A stretch of DNA of 64,000 nucleotides from an uncultured delta proteobacterium (lineage in GTDB: Bacteria > Myxococcota_A > Polyangia > Polyangiales > Houyiibacteriaceae), in assembly GCA_963699755.1 (NCBI GenBank), contig CAVOVB010000002.1, forward strand, positions 800,001 to 864,000. The letters run 5' to 3'. The notes under the pieces are model-generated. The model saw only the letters and a program-made list of their open reading frames with translations, ran no database searches and was not told the origin of the DNA. The first letter of the stretch is position 1. Every line of letters begins with the position of its first letter. Below, one piece after another: positions 19,983-31,014 of the stretch. The translations under genes were made by a program, and so were the position numbers.

Positions 19983-20312
19983 ATGTCTGACGACTGTGCG
20001 CTCAAGGCGACCATGCATGCGACCCCCGCGGAGGCGCTTGCGGCGTTGGAGCGAGCGTTTGCGAGGTCCCATGTGTTCTTGACCGAGGCGCATCAGCTCG
20101 GAGGGCTGGCTTTGGTGCTGCACTGGGACATGGAGGGGGACCATCGGCAGCTTCTGGTCGACGCGTTGCTCGAAGAATCGGTGGCGCTCGATGAGAGCGC
20201 GTTCGAGTCGCTGCAAGGGCCTTGGGACGGGGTGCTAACCGGCTCGCTTCACGTGACGCTCGAACACGGGGGGCGGGATAGCAAGGTCGATGTGCCGGCG
20301 GTGCCGGGCTGA
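19983..20312 (+). CDS. Hypothetical protein
   Basis: Co-oriented ORF with plausible composition, no recognised motif. Confidence 0.4.
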   Translation: MSDDCALKATMHATPAEALAALERAFARSHVFLTEAHQLGGLALVLHWDMEGDHRQLLVDALLEESVALDESAFESLQGPWDGVLTGSLHVTLEHGGRDSKVDVPAVPG

Positions 20313-20407
20313 GGTCGTTGATGGCTTCGCGATCTTGGTCGGCTCGGGTCGGTGGGCTCTTTTCGATTTCGCGCCGTTTGGTACAGCTCATGGTAGGAGG
20401 TCAGGAT

Positions 20408-21667
20408 ATGTTGATTTCGTCGTTTGGTCTTGTTGCAACGGCGTTTGTCGGCGTGGGAACGCTGAGCGTCGTCACAGTTCGGCGTCCACTCGCGGGAGCA
20501 AGCGCTGGCCTTGCATTGGCACTGCTCGCGGGCCTCGCTCCGCCGAGTCAGGCCGACGCGGCGGAGCTTCGCTACGAGAAGGAGGGCACGGTCAAGGTCG
20601 CCGAAGGCGAGTCCATCGACGACACGGTGTTTCTCGCTGGGAAGACGGCCATCGTGGCGGGCGTGGTGGACGGTGACGTCTTCGCAGCGGCCGAGCGGGT
20701 GGAGATCACGGGGACCGTACGCGGCAATATCTATAGCGCCGCTGAGACGGTCACGATTGCCGGCGAGGTCGGCGGAAACGTGCACGCCGCGGGCAAGAGC
20801 ATCGAGGTGGACAGCAAGGTTGGTGGCTCGGCCTTCTTGGCCGGCCGGAACGTCATCGTAACGGAAGACAGCGAGCTTGCGCGCGGCGGCTACTTCGCCG
20901 GCGAGACGGTGCGGAGCAAAGGGCGAGTCGGCCGAGACTTAATTTTTGCCGCCGAGACGATGGAACTGAGCGGAAGCGTCGAGCGCAATGTGCGCGGCTA
21001 CGGGAGCGAGGTCACCGTGAGCTCCAGCGGTTCCGTCGGTGGCGACCTCCAGCTGACCGTTCCGTCGCAGGATGCTGTGGAAGTCGACGACGGTGCGATC
21101 GTGAGCGGCGAGACCATCATCGACATCGAAGAGAAGGAAGACAGACGCGCGTTTCTGTACCCCGGATTCTACTTCGGGGTGCTGGCCAAGGCGCTCGCGA
21201 TGCTCCTCATGGGCCTCGTCCTCGTCAGGCTCTTCCCTTCGCTGCTGCCGCCCGCGCCGGAGTCGAGCAAAGAGGTGTTGCGCGATATGGGGTTCGGCTT
21301 CGTTGCGCTGGTCGCGACCCCCGTGGTCATGCTCCTCATCGCGCTCACGCTGATCGGAATCCCGGTCTCCATCGTGCTCGGCATGGTGTACGCGGTGCTG
21401 CTGTTTCTCTCGACGCTCGTCGTGGCTTACTTCGCCGCGCTGCGCCTCCCCACGCCGGACCACCGTCGGCTCGTTCTCAACACGGGAGCGAGCCTCTTGG
21501 CCATTCTCTTCGTGGTGGCGATCCCGTTCGTGGGTCCCGGCCTCAACTTCTTGGTGCACATCTTCGGGATGGGCTGTCTCGTGGTGCATCTGAGGAAGCT
21601 GTACACGGCGAGTCGTGGCTTCATGGACTCCCCGACGAGCCAGCCGGGCCTGCTCGCCACGGAGTAA
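20408..21667 (+). CDS. Bactofilin-like beta-helix repeat protein with C-terminal TM domain
   Basis: Repeated G.V.GDV/GNV units then multiple TM helices (LIGIP); AGGAGG RBS. Confidence 0.8.
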   Translation: MLISSFGLVATAFVGVGTLSVVTVRRPLAGASAGLALALLAGLAPPSQADAAELRYEKEGTVKVAEGESIDDTVFLAGKTAIVAGVVDGDVFAAAERVEITGTVRGNIYSAAETVTIAGEVGGNVHAAGKSIEVDSKVGGSAFLAGRNVIVTEDSELARGGYFAGETVRSKGRVGRDLIFAAETMELSGSVERNVRGYGSEVTVSSSGSVGGDLQLTVPSQDAVEVDDGAIVSGETIIDIEEKEDRRAFLYPGFYFGVLAKALAMLLMGLVLVRLFPSLLPPAPESSKEVLRDMGFGFVALVATPVVMLLIALTLIGIPVSIVLGMVYAVLLFLSTLVVAYFAALRLPTPDHRRLVLNTGASLLAILFVVAIPFVGPGLNFLVHIFGMGCLVVHLRKLYTASRGFMDSPTSQPGLLATE

Positions 21668-21698
21668 ACGGTCGGGCAGGCCTCGTTTCGGCCGTCGT

Positions 21699-22480
21699 TC
21701 AGAACAGGCGGAGCGGGGCGTATCGGGGGAGCGTCTGGAGCTCCATGTCGGGGTCGGCGGCTTCTTTGGCTTGAAGGAACGGGAGAAGCTGCTCTGAGCC
21801 TTTGGAGAGGAGTGCCGCTGCGCGGACCATGCCGGTGAATGGTCCATCGATGGTACCGGTGGGGCTGTTCCAGTGGACGAGGACGAGGCGGCTGGGGTTG
21901 TGCGTTCGACCGACTCCGTCCAATAAGCCTCGCGGTAAGCGTTGGTTTGGGAACCGAGCGCCGGGAAGGAACCCTCGTAGACGGCAACGGTGAAGTTGTA
22001 GTCGCGCTCAAACATGGAGATCGAGAGCCGTCGGCGCCCATCGGCAGCCACTGAATCAATGTATCGACGCCCCAGATCGGTCGCGCCGCCGTGAGGCCGA
22101 GCTGGTTGCCTGGCTCTCCGTTGAGCAATTTATTGGGTGCGATCGGACCACTGTCGGCGATGAGATAGCTCCGTTCGACGCCTTCGATCCCATTGCGAAG
22201 GAACGGATGATGGTTGACGGAGCCCACGCCGCCTGCGCTGCAACCGCCGACCATCATCTTGGGAACGGACGGGAACATTCGATTGAGCTCTTCAATGACC
22301 AGCAGCATGTTCTGATGGCCCATGTGATGGAACTCGGCGTCCCGGCCGACGCCGTCCGGATCGACGTTGGTCTGTACCCTGCTGCCGAGGTAGGTATCGC
22401 CGGTGCAGTGGAGGATGAAGACCCTGTTCCAGTCGCCCATGGGGTTGATGTCCGTGTTCGACGAGAGCACCGGGGAGCCG
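21699..22480 (-). pseudogene. Pectinacetylesterase/Notum-like hydrolase remnant, 5'-truncated and frameshifted
   Basis: FILHCTGDTYLG, GCSAGG, ADSGP in one frame; continuation jumps frames; no N-terminus before the LysR stop. Confidence 0.7.
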
Positions 22481-22481
22481 C

Positions 22482-23441
22482 CTAGGGAACCTCGGAGGTG
22501 ACGTCGAGCACGAGCTCACGGAGCCAGCGGTGCGGCGGGTCTTCGGTGAAGCGCGGGTGCCAGATCATGGTGATGGCGTGCTCGGGGATGTCGAGCGGGG
22601 CGGGATGGGACGCGAGGGTCGACGCGGCGGAGCACTTGCTGAGGCTCTTGGGGGCGGTGAGGACGAGGTCGCTTTGGGCGATGACTTCGAGGGCGGTGGC
22701 GAAGTGGGGGACACGGAGGGCGATGCGGCGCTCGAGACCTCGTGCGTGCAGGATCCGATCGACGACACCGGGGCCCTCGCCTCCTGGTGAGACGAGGATG
22801 TGATTGAGGCCTGTGTAGGCTTTGAGTGTCAGCTTGCGTCGGCCTTCGAGCGCGGGGTGATCGCGGCGGACGAAGCATCGGAAGGAGTCGCGGAAGAGGC
22901 TTCGGCTTTGGAGCTCGGGGTCGACTTGGGTGCCGAGGTCGAAGGGGTGTGGGCCAAGGAGCACGGGGTAGACCGCGAGGTCGATGTCGCCGGTTTCGAG
23001 GCTGTCGCTCAGGCGCTTCGGCATGGGGACGATTGCGAGATCGAGGCACGGTGCTGCTTGGCTGAGGCGTCGGAGGAGCGTCGGTAAGACGAGCGCGTCG
23101 AACAAGTCGGGGGACACGATGCGGAAGATGCGGCTTGCCTGTTCGGGCTCGAAGGGCCGCGGGTCGGCGAGGGTACGCGCGAGGCTGACCAGACCGCTGC
23201 GCAGAGGAACGGATAGGGCTTCGGCGCGCGGGGTAAGCAGCATGCCGCCTCGGCCGCGAACCAAGAGTGGGTCGCCAAAGAGCTCGCGGAGGCGACGCAG
23301 GGTGTGGCTCATCGCAGACTGGGTCACGCCTGCCCGCTCGGCGGCCTTGGTGACGCTTCGCTCGCGGGCCAGGGCGTCGAGGGCGACCAGGAGGTTCAGG
23401 TCGATGCCGTGAAGGGCGTCTGCAGTATGAGTTTCGCTCAT
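22482..23441 (-). CDS. LysR-family transcriptional regulator
   Basis: IDLNLLVALDAL..ERSVTKAA...TQSAMSHTLRRLR..FGDPL. Confidence 0.95.
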   Translation of the reverse strand: MSETHTADALHGIDLNLLVALDALARERSVTKAAERAGVTQSAMSHTLRRLRELFGDPLLVRGRGGMLLTPRAEALSVPLRSGLVSLARTLADPRPFEPEQASRIFRIVSPDLFDALVLPTLLRRLSQAAPCLDLAIVPMPKRLSDSLETGDIDLAVYPVLLGPHPFDLGTQVDPELQSRSLFRDSFRCFVRRDHPALEGRRKLTLKAYTGLNHILVSPGGEGPGVVDRILHARGLERRIALRVPHFATALEVIAQSDLVLTAPKSLSKCSAASTLASHPAPLDIPEHAITMIWHPRFTEDPPHRWLRELVLDVTSEVP

Positions 23442-23515
23442 GTCGACATAGAAACAAGTCATTGGATTCATGTCAACGGCCGCCGCAGAGTAGGGGCTGC
23501 CAAGAGGAGGCAGTC

Positions 23516-24205
23516 ATGAAAAAGACAAAGAAAGTGTTGGTAGTTGGAGCCACGGGCGGCACGGGCCGCGCCACGATCGATGCGCTCGTCAAGCGCGGAA
23601 ACCGGGTGACGGCGTTCTCCCGGCACGCCGAGTCGCTCGAAATCGACTCGGAGCAGGTGACGTTGCAGAACGGGGATGCCACCAATCCAGACGACGTGGA
23701 CCGCGCGGTGGTGGGCCATGATGCGGTGATCGTCACGCTTGGGATTACCGAGAATCCGATACGCGTTCGTTTGTTTGGTGCTGCAGGCACACCGCTCGAC
23801 GTGCGGTCAGCGGGCACGCGGAACGTGATCGCGGCGATGCAGAAGCACGGCGTTCGCCGACTCGTCGTGCAGTCGTCGTATGGGGTCGGCGCGACGCGCG
23901 GGAGCTTGCGCTGGGTGGACCGCTTATTCTTCAGCCTCTTGCTGAAGCCACAGATCGCCGACACCGAGGTGCAAGAGATTGAAGTGCGCGAGAGCGGGGT
24001 CGATTGGGTGCTGGCGCAGCCGGTGCACCTGACCGACGAGCAGAGCGACGAGATGCCCTTCGCATCGGCGGATGGGGAAGTGCGTGGTTGGAAGATCTCG
24101 CGTAAGGGCGTCGCGCAGTTCTTGGCGCGTGCGGTGCAGACGTCTGACTACGTCAGACGCTCGGTGGCGCTGTCGGGAGCGGGGGTGTCGGCGGCGGCGG
24201 CGTGA
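23516..24205 (+). CDS. NAD(P)H-binding atypical SDR (flavin reductase-like)
   Basis: VVGATGGTG, ISRKGVA; GAGGAGG RBS; divergent from LysR. Confidence 0.9.
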   Translation: MKKTKKVLVVGATGGTGRATIDALVKRGNRVTAFSRHAESLEIDSEQVTLQNGDATNPDDVDRAVVGHDAVIVTLGITENPIRVRLFGAAGTPLDVRSAGTRNVIAAMQKHGVRRLVVQSSYGVGATRGSLRWVDRLFFSLLLKPQIADTEVQEIEVRESGVDWVLAQPVHLTDEQSDEMPFASADGEVRGWKISRKGVAQFLARAVQTSDYVRRSVALSGAGVSAAAA

Positions 24206-24220
24206 CCGGTGAGATTCGGC

Positions 24221-24505
24221 TCAGTCGGAGCTCGAGAAGAAGCGTTTGACTGCGCTGGTGAATCCCTCGAATTTGTCGTCGAGGTCCTTGGTGAGGTTCG
24301 ACCATGCCTCGTCGCCGGCGTCTGCGAGCTTTGCGGCCTTGGCTTTAGCGGCATTGAGCTTCTTCTGCAGGTCGTTGATCTGCTTCTCGGCATTCAACCT
24401 GGCGTCCGCGCCCGCTCCCTTGAGGTTGGCGCGCGCTCCATCGAGCTTGGCCTGGTACCCTTCGAGCTTGGCTTCAACTTTTTGGCGATAGGCGTCTGAG
24501 CTCAT
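24221..24505 (-). CDS. Small coiled-coil protein
   Basis: AYRQKVEAKL...AGDEAW pattern; AGGAG RBS. Confidence 0.8.
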   Translation of the reverse strand: MSSDAYRQKVEAKLEGYQAKLDGARANLKGAGADARLNAEKQINDLQKKLNAAKAKAAKLADAGDEAWSNLTKDLDDKFEGFTSAVKRFFSSSD

Positions 24506-24630
24506 CTCTGCTCTCCTTTGTGGATGATGGGCGACTCTAGGCTTTGGGGCTCACGTTGGCTAGGCGAGGGTAGCGGCCTTGGTCTTGGTTCTCGGTTGAC
24601 AGCCGAGACAGGCTGTCGAAACCTCGTGCG

Positions 24631-27060
24631 ATGCCAGACCGCAGAAAGACCCCAATCCAGCGACCCAACTCTCGCCAGACCTCGATCCGTGCGCTCTGTT
24701 TCGCCGTGATGGCAAGCACGGTGCTGCCTGCCTGCGAGAAGCCGCCTTCGAGCGTGCCCGAAGTGGATGCGGCGACGGATGCGGTGGTGGGCGACGCCGC
24801 GGTGACGGCGGCAGAAGGCGACGCGGCCACCGCAGCGCAAGGCACGCCCGAGTTCAAGGGGAAGATCGCGCGGAGTTACGCCGATTCGGTGGAGTGGTGG
24901 GCACCGCCCACCGTTCCGCCACAGGGAGCGCCCAATGTCATCATCTTCTTGCTCGATGACACGGGCTTCGCCCAGATCGGGTCGTTCGGAGGTCTGATTG
25001 AAACCCCCAACATCGATCGGCTCGCCGAGGGAGGCCTCCGTTACAACGACTTCCACACGACGGCTCTCTGCTCGCCGAGTCGCGCAACGCTGATGGCAGG
25101 GCGCAACCCGCATGCGATCGGCCTCGGAAGCCATGCGCTCACGGCGATGGGCTTCCCTGGCTACAACGCGATGGTTCCTCCGACGGCGAAGTCGGTGGCG
25201 AACTACCTCGAAGAGCAGGGCTATGTGAACTACGCGCTCGGCAAGTGGGACCACACCCCGCTCTACGAAGTCTCGCAGGTCGGGCCCTTCGACCGCTGGC
25301 CAAGCGACGAGGGCTTTGCGCACGCGTACACCTTCATGGCGGCCGACGTCCATCAGTTCATCCCGGTGATGTGGGACGACCATCACCCCGAGCCCTATCG
25401 CAAGACCGAGCACCTCGACAAAGACCTCGCGAACCGGGCGATCGAATGGATCACGGGACACAAATCCATCCAACCCGACCTCCCCTTCATGATGCTCTGG
25501 GCCTCGGGGTCGATGCACTCGCCGCATCAGGCGCCCGACGCTTACCTCGACAAGTACAAGGGCAAGTTCGACATGGGCTGGGACGCGGCCCGTGAGCAGA
25601 TCCTCGCAAACCAAAAGCGCTTGGGGATCGTCCCGGACAATACCAAGCTGACCGACCGTATCCCGGAGATCCCAGCGTGGGATACGCTCTCCGACAAAGA
25701 AAAGAAGCTCTACACGCGACAGATGGAAGTCTTTGCCGCGCAGCTCGAGTTTTGCGACGCGCAGATCGGGCGCGTGGTCGACGCGCTCGAGCGGATCGGA
25801 GAGCTCGACAACACGCTGATCTTCGTGACCTCGGACAACGGGGCGAGCGGTGAAGGCGGGCTCGCTGGTACGTTCAACGAGACCTACGTGCTCAACGGTC
25901 TGCAAACGCCGTTCGACGCCAACTTCCGCCATCTCGGGCGCTGGGGCCAGTGGGACACTTATCCGCATTATCACGCCGGCTGGGCCATGGCGGGCAATAC
26001 GCCGTTTCGCTACTTCAAGCAGAGCGAGCACCGTGGCGGGCAGCATGATCCGCTGGTCGTCCACTGGCCGAATGGCATCGAGGCCAAAGGCGAGATCCGT
26101 CGCCAGTATCATCACATCAGCGATATCGCTCCGACGATCATGGAAGCCGCCAAGATCGAGCGGCCCGAAAGCTACCACGGGGTCAAGCAGCAACCGTTCA
26201 CCGGCGTAGCGATGAACTACTCGTTCGACGACGCGAACGCCCCCAACGCGAAGCAGCGACAGTACTACGAGATGTTCGGAAACCGCGCCATCTGGGTCGA
26301 TGGCTGGAAGGCCGTGACGCTACACGCGAACCGAATGCCGTGGGACGTCAACGTCGTGCTCCCTTTCGACCAGGACAAGTGGGAGCTCTATCACGTGGCG
26401 GAGGACTTTTCGGAAAGCACGAATCTCGCCGATGAAAACCCGGAGAAGCTCGAGGAGCTGAAAGAGATTTTCGACGAAGAGGCCTGGGCCAACAACGTGT
26501 ATCCCCTCTACGACGACATGATCCAGCGCCTCGCCAAACAGCAGGACCGGCTCTTCGGCGACCGCACCGAGTTCGTCTACTTCGCGCCGGGCGCGTTCCG
26601 AATCGGGGAGAAGGCTTCGGCCCCGGTCAAGAATCGCTCGCACGAAATCGTCACCAAGGTCGACCTCGAGGGCAACGAGCAGGGGGTCATCGTTGCCGTC
26701 GGCGGCATGACCGGTGGTTTCTCGATGTACATCAAGGACCACAAGCTCCACTACGACTACAACTACCTCGACGGTGTGCACTATCACCTCGTTTCGAAGC
26801 GGCTGCCGACAGGTGAGACCGAGCTGAAGTTCAAGTTCATCAAGACCGGAGAGTTCGCGGGCACGGGCGAGCTCTTCGTCAACGGAGAGAAGGTCGGCTC
26901 GGTGGACATGCCAAAGATGCACATCAGCACCTACTCGCTGGCGGAGACGTTCGACCTGGGTCGCGACACCGGGACGCAGGTCGACAAAGCCTACGAGGGT
27001 GGACCGTTTCCATTCACCGGTGAGCTCGACCGGGTGACGATCACGCTCGCCGACCGGTGA
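24631..27060 (+). CDS. Arylsulfatase (lipoprotein)
   Basis: LLDDTG, CSPSR formylglycine motif, GKWDH, SDNGAS; lipobox LPAC. Confidence 0.93.
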   Translation: MPDRRKTPIQRPNSRQTSIRALCFAVMASTVLPACEKPPSSVPEVDAATDAVVGDAAVTAAEGDAATAAQGTPEFKGKIARSYADSVEWWAPPTVPPQGAPNVIIFLLDDTGFAQIGSFGGLIETPNIDRLAEGGLRYNDFHTTALCSPSRATLMAGRNPHAIGLGSHALTAMGFPGYNAMVPPTAKSVANYLEEQGYVNYALGKWDHTPLYEVSQVGPFDRWPSDEGFAHAYTFMAADVHQFIPVMWDDHHPEPYRKTEHLDKDLANRAIEWITGHKSIQPDLPFMMLWASGSMHSPHQAPDAYLDKYKGKFDMGWDAAREQILANQKRLGIVPDNTKLTDRIPEIPAWDTLSDKEKKLYTRQMEVFAAQLEFCDAQIGRVVDALERIGELDNTLIFVTSDNGASGEGGLAGTFNETYVLNGLQTPFDANFRHLGRWGQWDTYPHYHAGWAMAGNTPFRYFKQSEHRGGQHDPLVVHWPNGIEAKGEIRRQYHHISDIAPTIMEAAKIERPESYHGVKQQPFTGVAMNYSFDDANAPNAKQRQYYEMFGNRAIWVDGWKAVTLHANRMPWDVNVVLPFDQDKWELYHVAEDFSESTNLADENPEKLEELKEIFDEEAWANNVYPLYDDMIQRLAKQQDRLFGDRTEFVYFAPGAFRIGEKASAPVKNRSHEIVTKVDLEGNEQGVIVAVGGMTGGFSMYIKDHKLHYDYNYLDGVHYHLVSKRLPTGETELKFKFIKTGEFAGTGELFVNGEKVGSVDMPKMHISTYSLAETFDLGRDTGTQVDKAYEGGPFPFTGELDRVTITLADR

Positions 27061-27084
27061 GCGGCTGGAAAAATCAGCCCTTCC

Positions 27085-27630
27085 TCAGCCCCGTCGTTGG
27101 ATCCAGGCCACGTACGCTTCGAGCATCTTTTGGAGAAGCGCTCGGGTCTGCTCGTCTTCGAGGCGTCCGTCTCGGATCCGCTCGTGCGCCTTCCCGACGA
27201 GCACCTCGGGGTGAGGAAAGACTTCGGAGAGGGTGCCGAGCAGGACCTGCTTGAGCTGCCCCTGCGCGCGCGCGGTGCCGACGATGCCTGGAGCGGCGCC
27301 GATGATTGCAACCGGTTTGTGCGCGAGCACCGATTTGAAACCCGGACGCGAGGCCCAGTCGATCGCGTTCTTGAGGACGCCGGGGATGCCGAAGTTGTAC
27401 TCGGGCGTGGCGATCAGCAGCCCGTCTGCACGGGCGATCTGGCTCTTGAACGCTTGCACCGCGGCGGGCCCTCCGTCGACGTCGAGGTCGCCGTTGTAGA
27501 GCGGGATGTCCGCGATGGACGCGACCGAAAGGACGGCTCCCTTGGGCAAGAGCGTTGCGGCGGAGTGAAGCAGGGCGGTGTTCCAGGAGCCCGCTCTCAG
27601 GCTGCCGGAGATTCCAAGGAGCTCGGTCAT
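27085..27630 (-). CDS. NADPH-dependent FMN reductase (ChrR-like)
   Basis: GSLRAGSWN, TPEYNFGIPGVLKNAIDWASR. Confidence 0.93.
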   Translation of the reverse strand: MTELLGISGSLRAGSWNTALLHSAATLLPKGAVLSVASIADIPLYNGDLDVDGGPAAVQAFKSQIARADGLLIATPEYNFGIPGVLKNAIDWASRPGFKSVLAHKPVAIIGAAPGIVGTARAQGQLKQVLLGTLSEVFPHPEVLVGKAHERIRDGRLEDEQTRALLQKMLEAYVAWIQRRG

Positions 27631-27653
27631 GTTCCCTTTCTCCTAGCCCGGAT

Positions 27654-28346
27654 TCACGGCATGTCGAAAAGGAGGAGCTCGCTGTCGCCCATGGATTGAA
27701 TCGCGATCGGCCCGGCTTCGCTGAAGGACGCGCCGTCTCCCTCGCAGAGCTCGGTGCCCTCGACGACGAGAGCGCCGCGCACGACCTGCAGCCAGGCGTG
27801 CCGGCCCTGGGCGAGCTCGTGGGTCACCGCTTCGCCGTCTCGCAGGACCGACGCGAACATGGCGATGTCCTGCTGAATCTGCACCGAGCCCTGGGCACCG
27901 TCGCGGGACGCCACCAGTCGAAGCGTGCCGAGGCGCTCGTCCCCGAAGAATTTTCGCTCATAGCCGGGCTCGAGCCCGTTCTCTTCGGGAAGCACCCAGA
28001 TCTGCAGGAACCGAACCGGATCGGACGGGGAGTGGTTGTACTCGCTGTGCGTGACGCCGGTGCCCGCCCGCATGCGCTGCACGTCTCCGGGTCGAATGAT
28101 CGAGCCGTTGCCCATGCTGTCCTTGTGCTCGAGCGCGCCGCTGACGACGTAGGAGATGATCTCCATGTCCCGGTGGGGGTGGGTCGAGAAACCCTCGCCG
28201 CCGACCACGCGATCGTCGTTGATGACCCGCAGCGACCGGAAGCCCATGTGCTCCGGGTCATGGTAATTGGCGAACGAGAACGTGTGGCTCGAGTCGAGCC
28301 AGCCGTGATTGGCGTGGCCGCGGTCCTGGCTCCGTCTGATTTGCAT
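27654..28346 (-). CDS. Pirin-family protein (YhhW-like)
   Basis: HGWLDSSHTFSF, THPHRDMEI, GVTHSEYN, LQIW; AAGGAGG RBS. Confidence 0.93.
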   Translation of the reverse strand: MQIRRSQDRGHANHGWLDSSHTFSFANYHDPEHMGFRSLRVINDDRVVGGEGFSTHPHRDMEIISYVVSGALEHKDSMGNGSIIRPGDVQRMRAGTGVTHSEYNHSPSDPVRFLQIWVLPEENGLEPGYERKFFGDERLGTLRLVASRDGAQGSVQIQQDIAMFASVLRDGEAVTHELAQGRHAWLQVVRGALVVEGTELCEGDGASFSEAGPIAIQSMGDSELLLFDMP

Positions 28347-28486
28347 CCCGGGCTGTCCTCCTTGGGCCGAATATCGGTCCATTGAACATGGGCGCAAGAG
28401 GGGTCTTCGCGAACGACTTCCTTCGCGATCGGTCCGCAGCCTGCGGCTTGTGTGTGTTTGCCGCTGCACTGGTGTAGGTAGAGAGG

Positions 28487-29968
28487 GTGACTTGGCTGGT
28501 GCGCGCTCGATCGATTTCGATGACGGTCATCGTGGGCTTGCTCGCGGCGGGGCTCGGGGGGTGCGGCCGGGAGCAGGCGCTCGGGGCCTCGTTTGATTAC
28601 GAGATGCCGGCGCGCTTCGCGGTGCCTGCGCTTCGCGCGCCCGAGGAGCAGGCGGAGTACGAGGTCTATGTCGATGGGCCTCTTCAGCCGGAGGCGTGGC
28701 GCGTGCGCTTTGATGCGTGCGGCTCGACCGGCTCGCCGGTGACGTACAGCTGGAGAGTCGACGGCGACGAGGTTGGCGTGGAGACGCGCTGCAACGGCTT
28801 CGAATATGATTTCCCCGCAGAGGGGGAGTATTCGGTCTCGCTCGTGGTCGAGGACGGCGGCGGCGATCAGATGGAGGAGACCCAGGTCATCGAGGTGCGG
28901 GATCTGCTCATCTTCGGCCTCGGAGACTCGTACGGATCGGGGGAAGGCAGCCCCGACGTGAGGGAGCTGGATGAGGGCGGCGTGCAGTGGCAGAACAATC
29001 GCTGTCACCGGTCCGCAGAGTCAGGGCAGGCGCGCGCGGCGCAGATGATCGAAGAGGCGGACCCGCACACCTCGGTGACCTTCGTCCACCTGGCCTGCTC
29101 GGGAGGCCGGATCCACCGAGCCTTGCTCGAGTCTTATGATGGAATCGAGCCAGACGGCACAGCCGCTGCGCCGCAGATCGACCGGGTCGCGGAGCTCGCG
29201 GGTGACTCCGAGATCGACGCGCTCTTCGTGTCGATCGGCGGCAATGACATCAACTTCTCCAACGTGGTCGAGGCCTGCGTCCTCGGCACAGACTGTCATT
29301 TGGGCACTCCGAGCATCGATTCCCTTCTCGAGAGCACCGCCTCGTTGGCGTGTGGTTTTCTTGGGTCGTTCGAAGACGAGTGCAAGAGCTATTTGGATCC
29401 GGACACGATCGATCTGGACTTGCTCGATGCGCGAGCGATCTTCGAGATTGGATCCAAGGACGAGTACGTCGACGGCGTGGACCTGCGCCAGGACGGTCTC
29501 GACGACCTGCCCAGCAATTATGATGACCTCGCTCAAGCGATCGTCGGCACGCTTGGGATGGATCCCACACGCGTGTACTTGACCGAGATCCCCGACGTGA
29601 CCCGCGATGAGTTCGGGGACCTCTGTGCGTGGCCGACGGAGCTCCCCGGGTACTTGGAGAGCCTGCGCATCGCCGCGCAACAGGTGCCCGGGGTGACGGA
29701 AGCCGAGATGGAATGGGCGAGCACCTCCGTGTTGACCGAGCTCCGCGCCGCGATGCGGGTCGCTGCCGACAAACATGGCTGGCAGTTCGTCGATGGCGTG
29801 GACGCGCGCTTCGCGGGCCACGGGTACTGCTCCGACGTGACTTGGCTCATTCGTCTCCAGAACACCTTTCAGTTTCAGGGCGACCCAAATGGCGCGCTCC
29901 ATCCGAACCCCGCGGGGTATGGGGCCTATGCGGATGCCATCGTCGAGGCCTTCGCCGCGGCTCAGTAG
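28487..29968 (+). CDS. PKD-domain SGNH/GDSL hydrolase lipoprotein
   Basis: Lipobox LGGC, PKD-like region, GDSYGSGEG, SIGGND, LHPN. Confidence 0.85.
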   Translation: MTWLVRARSISMTVIVGLLAAGLGGCGREQALGASFDYEMPARFAVPALRAPEEQAEYEVYVDGPLQPEAWRVRFDACGSTGSPVTYSWRVDGDEVGVETRCNGFEYDFPAEGEYSVSLVVEDGGGDQMEETQVIEVRDLLIFGLGDSYGSGEGSPDVRELDEGGVQWQNNRCHRSAESGQARAAQMIEEADPHTSVTFVHLACSGGRIHRALLESYDGIEPDGTAAAPQIDRVAELAGDSEIDALFVSIGGNDINFSNVVEACVLGTDCHLGTPSIDSLLESTASLACGFLGSFEDECKSYLDPDTIDLDLLDARAIFEIGSKDEYVDGVDLRQDGLDDLPSNYDDLAQAIVGTLGMDPTRVYLTEIPDVTRDEFGDLCAWPTELPGYLESLRIAAQQVPGVTEAEMEWASTSVLTELRAAMRVAADKHGWQFVDGVDARFAGHGYCSDVTWLIRLQNTFQFQGDPNGALHPNPAGYGAYADAIVEAFAAAQ

Positions 29969-30864
29969 TGGATGCCGATACCGAGGATGAAGTGATTGGT
30001 CCAGACTGAGGTCTCCACGGTTCGGCCGTTGATGTTCCAGCTGGGTGTGAAGTAGGTCGCGCGGTATTCGAGGATGACTGAGATCCAGCCCGAAGCGACG
30101 AGCCGGATTCCGACGCGCGCATCGAGGCCGGGATCGACCGAGGTGTTGGTCTCTACGCGCGCGGTGCCGAGGGCCGCCACGCCTTCGGCGAGCTTCGCCG
30201 TCGAGAGGACGAGGGAGGGGCCGATGGCCAGGTACGGTTGGGCACGACCGTTCGGATGCTCCGGGGTCTTGACCAAGGGTGCGCGAAACATGAGAAGCGC
30301 CGAGATCGGGATCGCATTGACCTCGTAGGGGCTTTGGATGCCCCAGGATTGGACGAAGACGGAGAAGTCCCCTGAAACGCCGAGCCAGGGAAAGCGGCCG
30401 ACGAACCAGCCGACCCTGAGCCCTCCGACCGGTGACTTCGTGCTCGAGCATTCCGCTCCGCACAAGAGGCTCTCTTCTTGAACGACGCCGTCGAGCGTGA
30501 GCGTGGCATCCGTCGTGACGGCCGCGCCGAGGTAGATATCCGAGAACACTTCGCCGCGGCGCGTTCGTTTGGGAGGTTTCTGCTCTTGGCCCTGCGCGCT
30601 CGGGCTGCTGACCGGGCCCTTGCTATGGGGCTGTGCGCTCGCGCCGAGGGAGAAGGCCGCAAGAAAGGCTGCGGTGATCGCTACGAGGTACGTCCGGCTT
30701 CGCGCCGTGAGGGTTGTGGTGGCGGGATGGATGGGTGGAGGATACCTGGGGGGTTGCGATCGGCGGAGAAACCGGCCGCCACTACACGGGCGTGCCAATT
30801 GGGACGGGCTGGAATTCGCTTGGTGAACCTTCGTCGCGACCCCGGTGGGCCAGGACATGGGCAT
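29962..30864 (-). CDS. Outer-membrane beta-barrel protein
   Basis: Signal-like segment ending ASA-Q, alternating beta strands, C-terminal LGIGIHY; true start unclear. Confidence 0.7.
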   Translation of the reverse strand: MPMSWPTGVATKVHQANSSPSQLARPCSGGRFLRRSQPPRYPPPIHPATTTLTARSRTYLVAITAAFLAAFSLGASAQPHSKGPVSSPSAQGQEQKPPKRTRRGEVFSDIYLGAAVTTDATLTLDGVVQEESLLCGAECSSTKSPVGGLRVGWFVGRFPWLGVSGDFSVFVQSWGIQSPYEVNAIPISALLMFRAPLVKTPEHPNGRAQPYLAIGPSLVLSTAKLAEGVAALGTARVETNTSVDPGLDARVGIRLVASGWISVILEYRATYFTPSWNINGRTVETSVWTNHFILGIGIHY

Positions 30865-31014
30865 CGGGGCGAGGAAGGGGTGTGAGACGCGTTCCCCGAG
30901 CTCGTCGATGCCTTCGAGGCGCGCGTCTGGAGACTTGGCTTCGCAGAATCTCAGGGGGTGCGGGTTTCGAATGCATATACTGAATCGATGGGCTGTGGCG
31001 CGAAAAGATAGGAG